Source of the DNA: Squalus acanthias
Taxonomy: Eukaryota
Direction: 5' to 3'
NCBI GenBank assembly: GCA_030390025.1
Contig: CM059432.1
Span: 53,880,001 to 53,944,000 of the forward strand
DNA: 64,000 nucleotides
Positions 50,325-62,359 of the stretch are shown in pieces; position 1 is the stretch's first letter; each line of letters opens with the position of its first letter. The notes below the pieces were generated by a model. The model saw only the letters and a list, made by a program, of their open reading frames with translations. It did no database searches and was not told the DNA's origin. The position numbers and the translations under genes are program-made.

Positions 50325-51600
50325 GCCAGGGGATTGGGCAATAGCCAATGTAACACTGCTATTCAAGAGGGGAGAGAAGGATAAATCAGGTAACTATGGA
50401 ATAATTAAGGTCAATTGTGGGCAAACGCTTAGAATACATAATTCAAGATCAAATTGGTGAGTACTTAGAAAGTACGGTCTACTCAAGGACAATCAATATG
50501 GATTTGTTCAAGGAAAGTAATGCTTGACAAATTTAAAAGTATTTTGCAGCATTGATAATTGGATAGATGTCTGTGGGTTCTCCCACTCGTCTGGCGCAAC
50601 TTCAGCGGAAGAGCTGTGAAAACCTGGAAAATGCATAAACATTTCTGCAGCTCTCCCGCTGAAGTTATAGCGGATGATCAGCTGAATTCCTACAGAAATT
50701 CAACACATGGTGTTTACTGATTTTCAGAAGGCCTTTGATAAAGTGTCTCAGAGGAAACTTGTTCCAAAAATTCAAACATATGGTATATATAACAATATAG
50801 ATGAAAGTTTTATGTATATAGTAGCATTAATAGGAAGTTGGTTGACAGACAAGAAACAAAGGGTTAGAGTTAATGTATGTTGTTCAGATTGAAGAAGGGT
50901 TTAAAATAATGTATCCCATGTATCAGTTCTGGCCCATTTTTGTTCTTGATATATATGGATGGTTTGGACTTGGGCATCAGGAATATAATATTGAAATTTG
51001 CTGATAACACAAAAGTGTTGGGGCGGGGGTTGACAAATAGCAAGATGAACTGAAACAGACTTTTCAAGAAGACATAGACAGGTTAGATGGGTGGCAGATG
51101 CATTTTAATTTGGAGAAGCGTGAGGTAATTTATTTTAGGAGAAAATCAAAGAATTGGGTATAAGCTAAAAAGCCCACAGTTAGGAGATGAATGCTATTTT
51201 GGGCATCCCATGATAGAAAGGACAATGAAACCATAGAGAGTGTACAGCACAGATTCAATGGGATGATGCCAGGGATTGGAAATTATAGTTATAGCAGGAA
51301 CTTCCGATACTGGGACTATTTACATTGAACTAGAGAAGGCTAAGAGATGATTTCATATTTTAAATGATTAAGGGTTTTGAAAACGCTGAATATGGAAAAA
51401 CGATTTCTTGTTGTTGGGGAGTCAGTGACAAATAGTCATCAATTTAAAATTGTTAACAAGAGAGTGAGGAAACATGTTAGGAGCATTATTGGAACAAGGA
51501 GCGGTTGAGGCGGAGACCATTGCAGCTTTTAAGGAAAACGTTAATAAATATTTGAAGCAGAAGTGGATACAGGGCTATGTGAAGGGAATGGTGCAGTTTG
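50325..51600 (+). mobile_element. Old degraded CR1 with a small palindromic insert at about 50568-50702
   Basis: DFQKAFDKVS and KQRVRVN traces; insert has arms AACTTCAGCGGAAGAGCTG and CAGCTCTCCCGCTGAAGTT. Confidence 0.7.
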
Positions 51601-52065
51601 TATGCTGCTAAGCAAATGCTTAAAAGGGACAAATGAGAAGATAGCTGTTACAGTTCCACATCAAAATGAAGGTTTAAAAAAGTAACAGCCCTGGACTTAG
51701 TCAAGCCCTGGGCTCCTAACCAAGCCTGGAATTCAATATATAAACAGAGAAAGTTAGAACAGCTGCTGAGCCCAACTACTATCTGTGAGAAATGCCACGA
51801 AAGATCAACTAGAATAGATTACTTTTTAACTTTACTCTTACTATATTTCTATCTAATACGTCCTATCTATTCTAATCTCTTCTTAAAAATAAGTTTAAAA
51901 TACTTTACTTACTTTTCTTTCTGAGCTTTCTATGCCCCACTATCCATTTTGAAGGTGGAAGGAACATTAAAAAAGATTGTGTTCTGACTGGATGAAACCA
52001 GCTCTTAACATTATTCTTTTTCAACATACCAAGCACCTGAAATATAGAGATTTTCATGGTAGCAT

Positions 52066-52325
52066 CATAAGAACATAAGAAATAGGAGCAGGAATAGACC
52101 ATTCGTCCCTTCAAACCTGCTCAGCCATTCAATAAAATCATGACTGATCTTCTACCTCAATTCCACCTTCCTGCACTATCCCCATATCCCTTGATTCCCT
52201 TAGTATCCAAAAATCTATTGATCTCTGTCTTGAATATACTCAACGACTGAGCATCTACTGCCCTCTGGGTAGAGATTTCCAAAGATTCACAACACTTTGA
52301 GTGAAGACATTTTTCCTCATCTCAG
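52066..52325 (-). mobile_element. CR1 3' fragment
   Basis: CATAAGAACATAAGAAATAGGAGCAGGA tail followed by CR1 3' UTR and the ORF2 end. Confidence 0.85.
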
Positions 52326-53002
52326 TGACCAGATCATAAAGCTGATCTGGTCAATCTGACACATTTTGAAATGTCAAACCGAGAACCACTTCTGCAGGTT
52401 GAGGTATCTGACCTTTGCGGGTCAAGGGTTAAAAGTATGGAAGAGATTGTTTAACTCAAATTTCTTCTGTAGATTTCTTGTGAATAGTCTATTGTGATAA
52501 CAGAGGATACACGTCTGGATTCCATTTCGTATGCATCCAAGTGTCAATGGTCGAGCTGGATTGGAATCAGGTAATGTTTTTGTACATGTAGAAATACTTA
52601 AGAGAAACATGCTGTTAATGGCATTTTAAAAATCTAAAAACAGTCATGAAAGCAGTGTCATTCAATGCTTGGGGGACATATAACTGGTTCAACTCAGCAA
52701 CAGGCTGAACAGCAGGGAATTAAAACATCCAGATAAGCCCAAAGACATCTCAACACCACAACCTCCTTATAGGCTGGGAATAGATGAAAAATAGCAGCAC
52801 CAAATATAAGGATGTCATTTTAACAATCAATTTAGTGCTTTAAATAGATACAATAATACAGAAGATATCCAGCAATGCTATAGTTATGGAAACTCTGGGA
52901 TAAAGCCATTATCCTAGAGTGTTTGCAGCAGTTCTTTAATTTAACACACCCGTGATGTAAAAGTAATTGTATATTTCAAATAAACTGGACAGAAATAATG
53001 AT

Positions 53003-53485
53003 ACAAAAGCAAAATACTGCGGATGCTGGAAAGCTGAAATAAAAACAGAAAATGCTGGAAATACTCAGCAGGTCAGGCAGCATCTGTGGAGAGAGAAACA
53101 GAGTTTCAGGTCGATGACCCTTCGTCATAACTGGAAAAAGTTAGAGATATAACAGGTTTTAAGCAAGTGCAGGGGCAGGCAAAGGGGTGGAAGGGGAGGA
53201 AAGAACAAAAAGGAAGGTCTGTGATAGGGTGGAAGGCAGGAGAGATTAAATGACAAAAGGGGTGATGGTGCAAGGCAAAACGAGGTGGTAATGGGACAAG
53301 TAAAGAAACAAAAGATGGGTCGAGAAGAGGTGTAAATGGGAATAGCAGAATCATCAACAGCTGCCATGTGAAAAAATAGGGGCCGAGGTTATGGTCTGAA
53401 ATTGTTGAACTCGATGTTGAGTCCAGAAGGCTGTAAAGTGCCTTATCGAAAGATGAGGTGCTGTTCCTTGAGCTTACATTGAGCA
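53003..53485 (-). mobile_element. Penelope-like element 3' end (GIY-YIG C-terminus and 3' UTR)
   Basis: Minus strand reads CKLKEQHLIF, frameshift, GTLQPSGLNIEFNNF, then a pyrimidine-rich UTR and the terminal motif GATGCTGCCTGACCTGCTGAGTATTTCCAGC. Confidence 0.75.
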
Positions 53486-53489
53486 ATGA

Positions 53490-54176
53490 GGTTGATGTGG
53501 TGTGTGGGGTCTCAAAGCTGACGGCGCACCTGGGAATCAGAAAGGAATCGAGGCCCGGTCAATTTTAACTTTGGCGGAGTTGGTGCATGGGGGGGCCCGA
53601 AGTGGTCAGCGCACCTGGGAATCAGAAAGGAAGCAAGGCGCGGTTGATTTTAACTTCTGAGCCTCATTTTAATATTTCACATCTGTCTCCCATTCAAAGC
53701 CAGTGAGAATGGCGTTGAGGGCGGGAATTGAGCTGGGAGCCAGGGACGGTCCCCAGAATAAGGTAATTGCTGATGAGGTGTTTCCCAAACATATGCTGGT
53801 TTGAGGAGGGAGAGGGAAGGTAGGGGCAGGGGAGGCTCCTCCTGGCCCCCAAGGAATTCTTCCGAAGAGTAGAAAATGAAACTTCTAGCCAATCTGCTGC
53901 CTCCTGCCAGATTTCTCTGATGGGTTTGCTACGTTCCCTCATATCCTTAATGGTAGTTAAAATAGCATCATGGCACCTGAATCGAGCCTGAACTTTTACA
54001 TTTCATTACATTTCCTGCTTGTATTGGGAGCCTTGGCCGACTTAAAAATTGGCGAAGAGAAAATGAGGCTAGGCGGGAACAGAATGACCTCGTGCTGGTA
54101 AGTCAAGTCACCTAATTTTAACCACTCCCTTCATCGATTCCACCTAGCGGGTAGGGGTGGGTTAAAATCGACCCCA
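53490..54176. mobile_element. Non-autonomous Harbinger-like element with an internal ~47-bp direct repeat
   Basis: Ends GGTTAAAATCGACCCC; GCGCACCTGGGAATCAGAAAGGAA repeated at 53525 and 53609. Confidence 0.55.
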
Positions 54177-54380
54177 GTATAACATTAAAATGAAATATTT
54201 TTTGAATCAACTTGATTACTTTGGAATCATTTAAATTGTGTGATCAATAGGGGAGTTCCTGAACTTTATATTACCCAACAGTTTCTACTGAGTGAACAAG
54301 GTGTTTGTTTAACAAGGCCTCACTGTGGCTAAAATCATACCAATGTGAACTGATACATCAACTGTTATGAATAAGTTATT

Positions 54381-55143
54381 GGCCCAAAGTTTGCAATCGG
54401 AGGCTTCCCGCGGGCGGATGCCTCCGACCTGTAAAAAACCTACGCATTTACCTGGTGGCCCGGGAGATACGGAGGCTTGCGATCCTGAGCCACTCCGGGT
54501 ACGGCGTGGCAGAGGCCCACGTATCCCAGGGGCACATGTGGTTCGCAAGCGCCCCTGGGATCACGTGGGCCAGCCCAACCAATAAAAGAAGGGCATCCCC
54601 ATTCCTACTTATGGGAGTTCCATACGTACGGAACTCCCATAAGTATGAATGGGGATCACTTAAAAAATACACAAACACAGGAAATTATTTTTTTTTTATT
54701 ACATATTTTGAATTAATTAAAATGCCATTTAATATTTTAAACGAAAATTAAATTTTTTGAAAATTTTTTTATATGTTTTAACGGGGCTAAAAATAAACTT
54801 ACCTTATTGGACAGGGTTTTTAATGTATAAGTGAGTGATAACATTTTATTCTTCTATTTTTTAAAACTCTTATGCTGGTAAAAGCAGGCTTTATGCCTGC
54901 TTTTACCAGGCGTAAGAATTTCACAGGGATTCAGAAGGCGGAAGTTGGGCAAATAGCGCAACTCTCCACCCGCGGAGGCCCATCTCCCGGGGATGCGGAG
55001 GATCTGTCAAGGAGATTCTTGACAGAACGCAAGTTCTGGGTTTTAGCACATGCGCTTCGCCTGCCTAAACCCGGAACTTGCGCAGCCTCTACGGGCATGT
55101 GCGCACCTCGTACGCACCCATAGGGGTCGCAAAATACGACCCC
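54381..55143 (-). mobile_element. MITE family A relative, 763 bp
   Basis: GGCCCAAAGTTTGC...GCAAAATACGACCCC ends; same order of E-box, CCAAT, hairpin, AT-rich core and AAACTTACCT as 27564-28325. Confidence 0.8.
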
Positions 55144-55739
55144 ATATCATAGTTAAAGTCTTGTAGTTGACCTGCGTTGATAAATGTGCAGACTACAGGA
55201 TTAAGTTGTGCATAGCCAACTTTGATCACTAGAGGGCACTGCAGCTGAAAAATATCTTGCCTTTAAGTGAACTGGTTTACAATAATTGAGAGTTCAGTGG
55301 CATAGCGATAAATCCTGAGAGAGATGAAATCTTCCCTCACTGATAGCTTGCTACTGAGTGCTGTAAGCTGTACAGATGGCAGAAGAGTTTTTAACCCAAG
55401 TTTATTAATGTTTGGGATATCCATATTTCAGTTGTCCCTGAATTTCTGGGATCACCCCAGTGCCGTTCCAATTCCCTGACTGATCCAAATTCTTGTCCTT
55501 GATTGAATCCAACTGCTGCAGAAACAAAACAAAAGTGCTCATAAACAAAATTCTGAATGTAGTCTCTGATTCAGGGCAGGCTCACTGGAAAATGGTCCAT
55601 GCCCCCACATAAACTAACCTCGAACATACAGTTGCGTGAAGCCTTCATATATAGTAGCAGTTGAAGCAATGAGTACAACATTGGCGTTAGAAGGTAAACC
55701 TCTCCCCAAACTGAATTATCTGGCAAACCTCATTTTCAG

Positions 55740-55880
55740 ATGTCACTTTAATTCTCCGCTCCACTCCCACTCTGATCTCTCCGTCCTCAGCCTCTTATAC
55801 TGTTCCAACGAAGCTCAATGTAAGCTCGAGGAACATGATGCTGCCTGACCTGCTGAGTATTTCCAGCATTTTCTGTTGTT
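55740..55880 (+). mobile_element. Penelope-like fragment
   Basis: HFNSPLHSHSDLSV...QCKLEE joined directly to the terminal motif. Confidence 0.7.
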
Positions 55881-56436
55881 ATATCTGGCAAGCCTGCTGG
55901 GAAACTAAAAGCAAAATGCCATTTTTTTCACTTTTAAGAATAATGGGGTAGATCTTGGGGGAGAAATTGGGATCTGTAACGCCCATTTTTTAGGTATTAC
56001 GCAGCCTCCTAATGCTCGAAAATGGCGTCCGTGATGCCGCACACACTTCTGACGGGAAATGCAGCAGAGGCCATCTTGGTAAAGGGGCTGGCAGCATGCC
56101 GAGCAGGCAGAATATGACATCAATCAGTGTGCAATGCTAATTTGACACCAGCGCTGCCATTTTTGAATACCACACTCCATCCTACGCCCTTTCTTAACCT
56201 CACACAGTTGAACATGACATTAAACGGCATGAAGGATCCCCCACCAGCGCTACTTAAAGGGATCATGCAGTTTAGTGGCTGGATTATTTCTTCTGGCTGT
56301 TGGTGCAATTGTATGCATTTTTGGAACTTTCCTATACTTGGCTAAAGTTTGAATCGTCTAAAGGGAGTGGTCTGGCTGGTGCTGAAGTAATTGTTGTTCA
56401 TTTAAAAGTTTGTGCTGAAGCAAGTTGCTTCTAGAC

Positions 56437-57766
56437 ATGGGTGGCCTGGTAGGCCTTCCTCTTGGAATTGAGCATGACTGGGAGAATGAAGAGAGGCTGC
56501 GCAGAGCAGGACAAGCTGCAAGAAGAGGGAGGTGGAGGAAAGGGAGAAGGGCTCTCAGCAGGAGGCCATATCTGCCAAGGGTCTTTAGGGAGCAATTCTC
56601 CTATCATAACTTCAGTGAGGAACAATGCTTGAGACTTCTTCGCTTCACTAAAGCGGTTGTGAGTGAAATCTGCCAACTGCTGCAACCGCCACTGCAACCT
56701 CAAAGCAGGGCAAGGATCACATTGTTTGTGGCTGTTAAGGTGACTGTGTCTCTTAACTTTTATGCATTTGGCTCCATCCAGGCTGCTGCTAGTGATATAA
56801 ACAACATCTCGCAGTTTCCAGTGCACTGCTGCACAAGGGAGGTCACTGAGGCTTTCTATTCCTATGTGAGAAGTCGCACAACACCAGGTTATAGTCCAAC
56901 AGTTTTATTTGAAATCACAAGCTTTCGGAGCGCTGCTCCGTCGTCACGTGAAGTCTATTCCTAGAGAGACAGCTTCATCTCATTCCCTCTTGCCAGAGAC
57001 AAGCAGGTGGAGCGAGCACGAGCATTTGCTCAGATTTCAGGCTTCCCCATGGTGCAGGGTGCCATTGACTGCACGCACATTGCCCTGCGTGCGCCTTATA
57101 TGAACTCTGCCATTTTCCTGAAACGAAAGGGATTCCACTCCCTCAATGTACAGCTGGTGTGTGACCACAGGAAGTGCATCATGCAGGTGAATGCCCATTA
57201 TCGTGGCAGTAGTCATGATTCCTACATTCTGCGGCAGTCCTCTGTGCCAGCTGCATGTGACTCACCATGGCAAGTCAGAGGCTGGCTACTGGGCGGCAAG
57301 GGTTAACCCCTCATGACATAGCTCATGACTCTGGTCCGGAACCATGCACATGTGCACAGCAGACATACAATGAGAGCCATGCTGCCACAAGGAATATTAT
57401 AGAGCACAACATCAACATCCTCAAGCAATGTTTCTGCTGCCTGGACTGCACTGGAGTAGCCCTGCAGTACTCGTATTGCTCATTAATTATTTCATCACGT
57501 TGAGCCTGGGCAGAAAGGGGTGGGTATCAAGATTTGTGGTGCTATGCTGCATGCTGCACAACCTGGCCATTATGAGGGAACAGCCCTTGTCACCACCTAT
57601 CAGGCGAGAAGCTGAGGAGCAGGAGCACGAGGAACAGGAGGACGAGGAGGAGGAGGAAGTGGAGGAGCAGGAAGTGGAACAGGAAGAGGAAGGGAAGCTA
57701 CAACGTAGACAGCCCCTTTCTGCCCAGGCTCAATGTGATGAAATAATTAATGAGCAATATGAGTAA
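56437..57766 (+). pseudogene. H3 Harbinger DDE transposase, disrupted
   Basis: GAIDCTHI, YRGSSHDSYIL and CCMLHN motifs; stops, an insertion at 56865-56953 and an inversion at 57468-57520. Confidence 0.9.
56865..56953 (-). mobile_element. 89-bp retroelement terminal fragment (probably Penelope-like) with 10-bp TSD
   Basis: TCTATTCCTA duplicated at 56855-56864 and 56954-56963; minus strand GGAGCAGCGCTCCGAAAGCTTGTGATTTCAAATAAA. Confidence 0.7.
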
Positions 57767-57936
57767 CCTCAACCACACCACCCCATTCACCGACAGTCCC
57801 ACACTCCTTACCTTTCCTCTATCAATGACCATCATATCGTCCTCTTTCCGACAACACAAAAATAAAAAACCTTCAAAATGTACATTCCAATCCAAATTTA
57901 TAAATTCAATCATTACATAATGTAAACAGAAATAAA

Positions 57937-59745
57937 CTAATCACCCTTGTGCATTACCTTAGTGCCTGTCTTCCACGTGCTGTTGCCTAGCCTAGTTCTC
58001 CTACGAGGTGCTTCCCTAATGGCTGCAGCATGGATGGTGAAAGGCAGCTGATCTTCAATTGAGGAGACTGCAGATGGCGTTGGAGGGCGACCTCGAGGAG
58101 CTCTGGGCCTAGAAGATCCGGCTTCAGACTGCACCATCTTGGCCTGTGCTGCAGTCTGAGCTGGCTGGCTGATAGGCAACAGCTAGGGCACTGGTGGATT
58201 GGTAGGGGTGGGAGCAGGAATGCTGTCATCCTGAGAGAGGGCAGCAGGTTTGTGCTCCATGGAGCCATTGCCACTCCCCCAGGGCAGCACCTCAGCAATC
58301 CTACTGACCTGTTGGACAACAGATTGATGGACTGCTGTGAGGCCCTGAACAGTGGTATGTCCCATGAGGGCAGCAGTCTGAGCTTCCACTCAGACCATTG
58401 ATGGAAGCTACTTGTGCTGCAATGGAAGCTGTGACATCAGCCATTAGATGCTGCATCATGGTGGGTTCCACAGGTGTGCTGATGGAGGTGACCACCCATT
58501 CTATGTTGGAAAGGATGAGCTGCAAGCTCTGCACAAAGCCCTGTGCCAAGTTGGTGCTGGACTTCTCCATGTTCCTTGACATTGAGTGCAGGCTTTCTGG
58601 CAGGCTTTCCAGTGCACCAAGCATTTGGTTGTGTATACCCATTAGCCTTCTGCTGCAGCCTGGCCCATCAAAGTCCCCATCTGAGTCCTGTGCCGCAGAA
58701 CTCGTGTGCAACCTCACCCTCCAGCGAGCTGGCACCTGCGCTATCCTTTCCCCCCACCCTGGCACCTGCGCTATACTTTCCTCCAGCCCTGGCTTCAGCA
58801 CACTTTTGCCCGGTGTCTCACCACGTGCAGATCCCTCCTCTGTCCTATCCTCTAAAATACGCACAGTGTCAGTATCTGAGCTGGTGGCTGTGATTGTAAG
58901 ATTAAGTGATGGTGTCTGTTCATCCTCACTTTCTTCTTCGTCTTCCTCCACTGACTGGGCAGGTTCCAGTTCTTGGGTATCTGAAATGAAAAAGGGACAA
59001 GGGTTGGGTTGTGGTGAGAGGGGAGGAGAAAGTAAGAAGTGTGTGTTTACACTCTCTACAGCTTCTCAGTCAGAAGAGATTGAGGAATGAGGGAGAAGTG
59101 GGATGAGAGGAGGATTAGATATGCAGATACCCTCATCATCAATCGCTTCAGCCCACGGCCTCAGTGATGCCCCTTCCCATGATGGCCGGCACAGTCTCCT
59201 CCATGGGTGTTAAAACATGCAGTTGTGCTTGTCCTCCTCCAGTTCATTGCTGCTGCCTGCTGTTATGCGTCACCTTCTCCTGAAAGAAAGAGGGATGAGT
59301 GTCCTGCAATATGTTTGGGTGATGTAGCTCTCGTGATTGAATAGCTGAGTATGTGTGAGCTATGAGTTGTGGGTGCGAGGCTTACAACAGTGCTAAGTGT
59401 GTGAGAGTGAGGTAAAGCATATGAATGGTAATGTTGAGTCCTGATTGATAGAGATTGTTGGTGTGTGCATGATGGGGGTGTAGTGAATTGAGCAGCGGAT
59501 GAGGCTAGTGGTGCAGTTGGTAGGATATGTCATTTGAAGGTGAATTCACTCACTTTGACAACTCGTGTAAGATCATTAAACTTCTTCCTGCACTGCATTC
59601 AGGTTCTAGGAACAACACTCCTGGCAGTGACCTCTGCCGTTACATCTTCCCACTGCCTCCTGAGTATGTGTCTGGAGGGCCTCCCCTCCCTCCCCCACTG
59701 CAGATACAGGACATCTCTCCTCCTTTCCACCACTCTCTTATGTGT
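57937..59745 (-). pseudogene. H3 Myb/SANT-like gene, three exons, decayed
   Basis: Minus-strand QWEDVTAEVTA...QCRKKFNDLTRVVK; exon 3 acidic tract and GSSRPRAPRGRP motif. Confidence 0.8.
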
Positions 59746-60186
59746 TCAGCCATTCTTCAATCTTTCACAACACCGATACAGTTCACAAAAGACTCTCACC
59801 ACTTCTTGCAACCACAAATGCACCTCCCCTTTAAGTGGTGCAGGCTGCCTTTACGTAGCGCTAGCCACCCGCGATACCCGATCCCCTGCTGATGCATGCA
59901 GCCAATGAACAGTGCGGGTAGCACTGGCTGCATGCAGCAAGCATATAAAACAGCAGGCAGCACTAATATACTGTGCTGCCTGCAACGCAATGAACGGGAG
60001 AGGGTTAATTGCGCACTGCAATTGCCGTGCCCATTTTCAGGTCGTATCCAATTTAACCCTCCTTGGCTTAGATAGTGTAAAATGGGTGATAGCAAGTCGG
60101 CAGAAAGTTTTACATCTCACCCAATTTTTATTTATGGAATCTACCCCTATGAATGAGTATTGTGTTTGGGGGAGAGGAGAGTCTTT

Positions 60187-62359
60187 GGACTAGAAATTCA
60201 TTATAGCCAAGAAATGGGCAGTGTTTAGACTAAAAAATGTTTAGCTGCGCCACCTGAAAATCATCTAGGATTCATGCAAAATTCATGCTCACTCATCATT
60301 AAATTGATTGTATTCATGATTCTAGTCTAAAATCTGAAGCTCATCGGTGTTACACTGAAAAGATGGACCAATATCAGGGGCAGTCTAATTGCAAGCCATG
60401 ATTGCCACAGACTTTTTCCACTACTTAAAGGGAAGGTTCATTGAAGCTGCAGCACCTCATTGTCAGGATTGTTGGGTGTGCAGCGGCCTCAACAGCAAAC
60501 CAAACACTAGTTAGAAGACATCAGTAGGAACCATGGCAGACCGGAGACAGAGGGAGAGAGCCTGGAGGTTCTTCGATGAAGTTCTTCAGGCATTGGTTCT
60601 CACAGTGGAGAGAAGGTGGGTGGTCCTGTACCCACCAACTGGCAGGAGACCCTCGCCACAAGTCTGCTGGACTATGTGGAGGGAGGTGGTACACCACGTC
60701 TCAGGCAGCACTGTGGTCCCCAGGACCCACACCCAGTGCAGGAAGAAGTTCAATGACCTCACACGGGTTGTCAGGGTGACTGAAGGCTTCAGCAAATGCT
60801 ACATACCGTCATCTGTACCACAAGCTTCACACACTGCTCAATGCACCACACCCCCAGCACTCACCCACCAACAATCTCAACCTAGCAACACGTGCACCCA
60901 CATCTCACACCTTGCACACAATCACAGCTACTCAACTATGGCAGGCAAATCACCCAAACACCTTGCACCACACTCACTGACACACTTCCCTTGCTCTTGC
61001 AGGCTGAGATCGCTCACAATGGCCGGGAGCAGGAACGGACAGGTGGGGGGCCAAGCCGGCATTGAAGAGCTGGGCCAGCTGAAGAGTCGAGTGCTGGAGA
61101 TCATTGGGTGCCAGGTCATCGGCACCGTGGCCACCGGCGACGTTGACCCCCTTGGGGATAACAATGTTCATTCCTAATCCTTCTTCTCACATCCCACTTC
61201 CCCCTCAGCCCACAATCTTTTCTCACGTTCAAGCTACTCATGCTGTATGCATGCATTTCTGGCTTCCCCCCACCCCCCCTCACCATAACCCGACTCTTGT
61301 GCCTTTCTGCTTTCAGATAATCAGCAATCACCCGAGCAGCCTGTCCCTGAGGGCACCGCAGAGGGTGAGGGGGGAGAAGACAAGGAGGAAGAAGACACCG
61401 CGTCACTGCATCTATCACTCGCAGACACCAGCTCAGACACTGGCACTACGCATTCTTTAGAGGCAAGTGTAGTAGCAGGATCTGCACAGGGTGAGGCACC
61501 GGGCACGAGTGGAATGCAGCAAGGATGGAGGCAAGGTTAGCTCAGGGGACAGCTGTCAGAGGGTGAGTTCGCTCGCGTGTTCTAGTGCACAGGACTCAGA
61601 TGGGGACCTCAATGGGGAGGCGTTCAGAAGAAGGGTGATGGGCATGCACATGAAAATGATAGGTGTAATGGCAAGGTTGCCAGAGAGCCTCTTGGCAATG
61701 TCAAGGAGCGTCGAGTAGTCCGCCTCCAACATTGCTCTGTGCAGAACATGGAGCCCAGGATTTCCAGTCTGGAAATGATTACGCTCCCAGAGAGACCGTG
61801 GCGACCCAGACGTGATGGTGCGCATGATGAGCGATGCCGCAGCTTCCATTGCAGCACAGGCGGAAGCGATCCAACATCTTGGGTGGCATCCGAGCTCTGA
61901 CTGCTCTCATGCAGTCTCAGCTTGAAGCCACCCAAGCTCTGACTGCTGTCATCGTGGCTGGGTCTACCATCGTTGACCCGGGCTTTCACGGTGTCACAGC
62001 AGGCCAGCAATTTGTGCTCCAACAGGAATGCTGAGGCGCCACCCAGGGGAGTGGCAGTGGGTCAGTGGAGCAGGAACCTGCTGTCCTCTCTCAGGATGAC
62101 AGCATTCCTACCCCCACTAATGCCACTCTGCATGGGAATTGGGAGATCGGGCGTCAAGTGATCGTTGCACACTCACTGACGTCATGACCTCCGTGATTGC
62201 GATGTCCCCAGCGAGCGAGTTTTGTGGCAACGCTACCGGCAACACTGATATGGCGTGCGCCGCTGGAACCGCCATCAGCTGACGGTAGAGCATGGACCAC
62301 CATTTTAGCTCCATCTCATGGCGCTAACGTGTGGCGCTAAACACACAAACTTTTCCCCC
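60187..62359 (+). mobile_element. Harbinger derivative H4 that keeps the Myb/SANT gene (from 60533) and lacks the transposase
   Basis: Ends GGACTAGAAATTC and AAACTTTTCCCCC; MADRRQRERAWRFFDEVLQALV...QCRKKFNDL; termini shared with 24461-26038. Confidence 0.85.

Larger units (their letters stand above)
55957..60061 (+). mobile_element. Full-length PIF/Harbinger transposon H3 (decayed), nested in a ~100 bp MITE
   Basis: Ends GGGGGAGAAATTGG and CCAATTTAACCCTC, TSD CTT (55954-55956 and 60062-60064). Host MITE has TIR GGGGTAGAT at 55945 and 60147. Confidence 0.88.

Noticed and set aside
53525..53656. CRISPR-like repeat-spacer-repeat
   Set aside because: Only two units, inside a transposon in eukaryotic DNA, with no cas genes.
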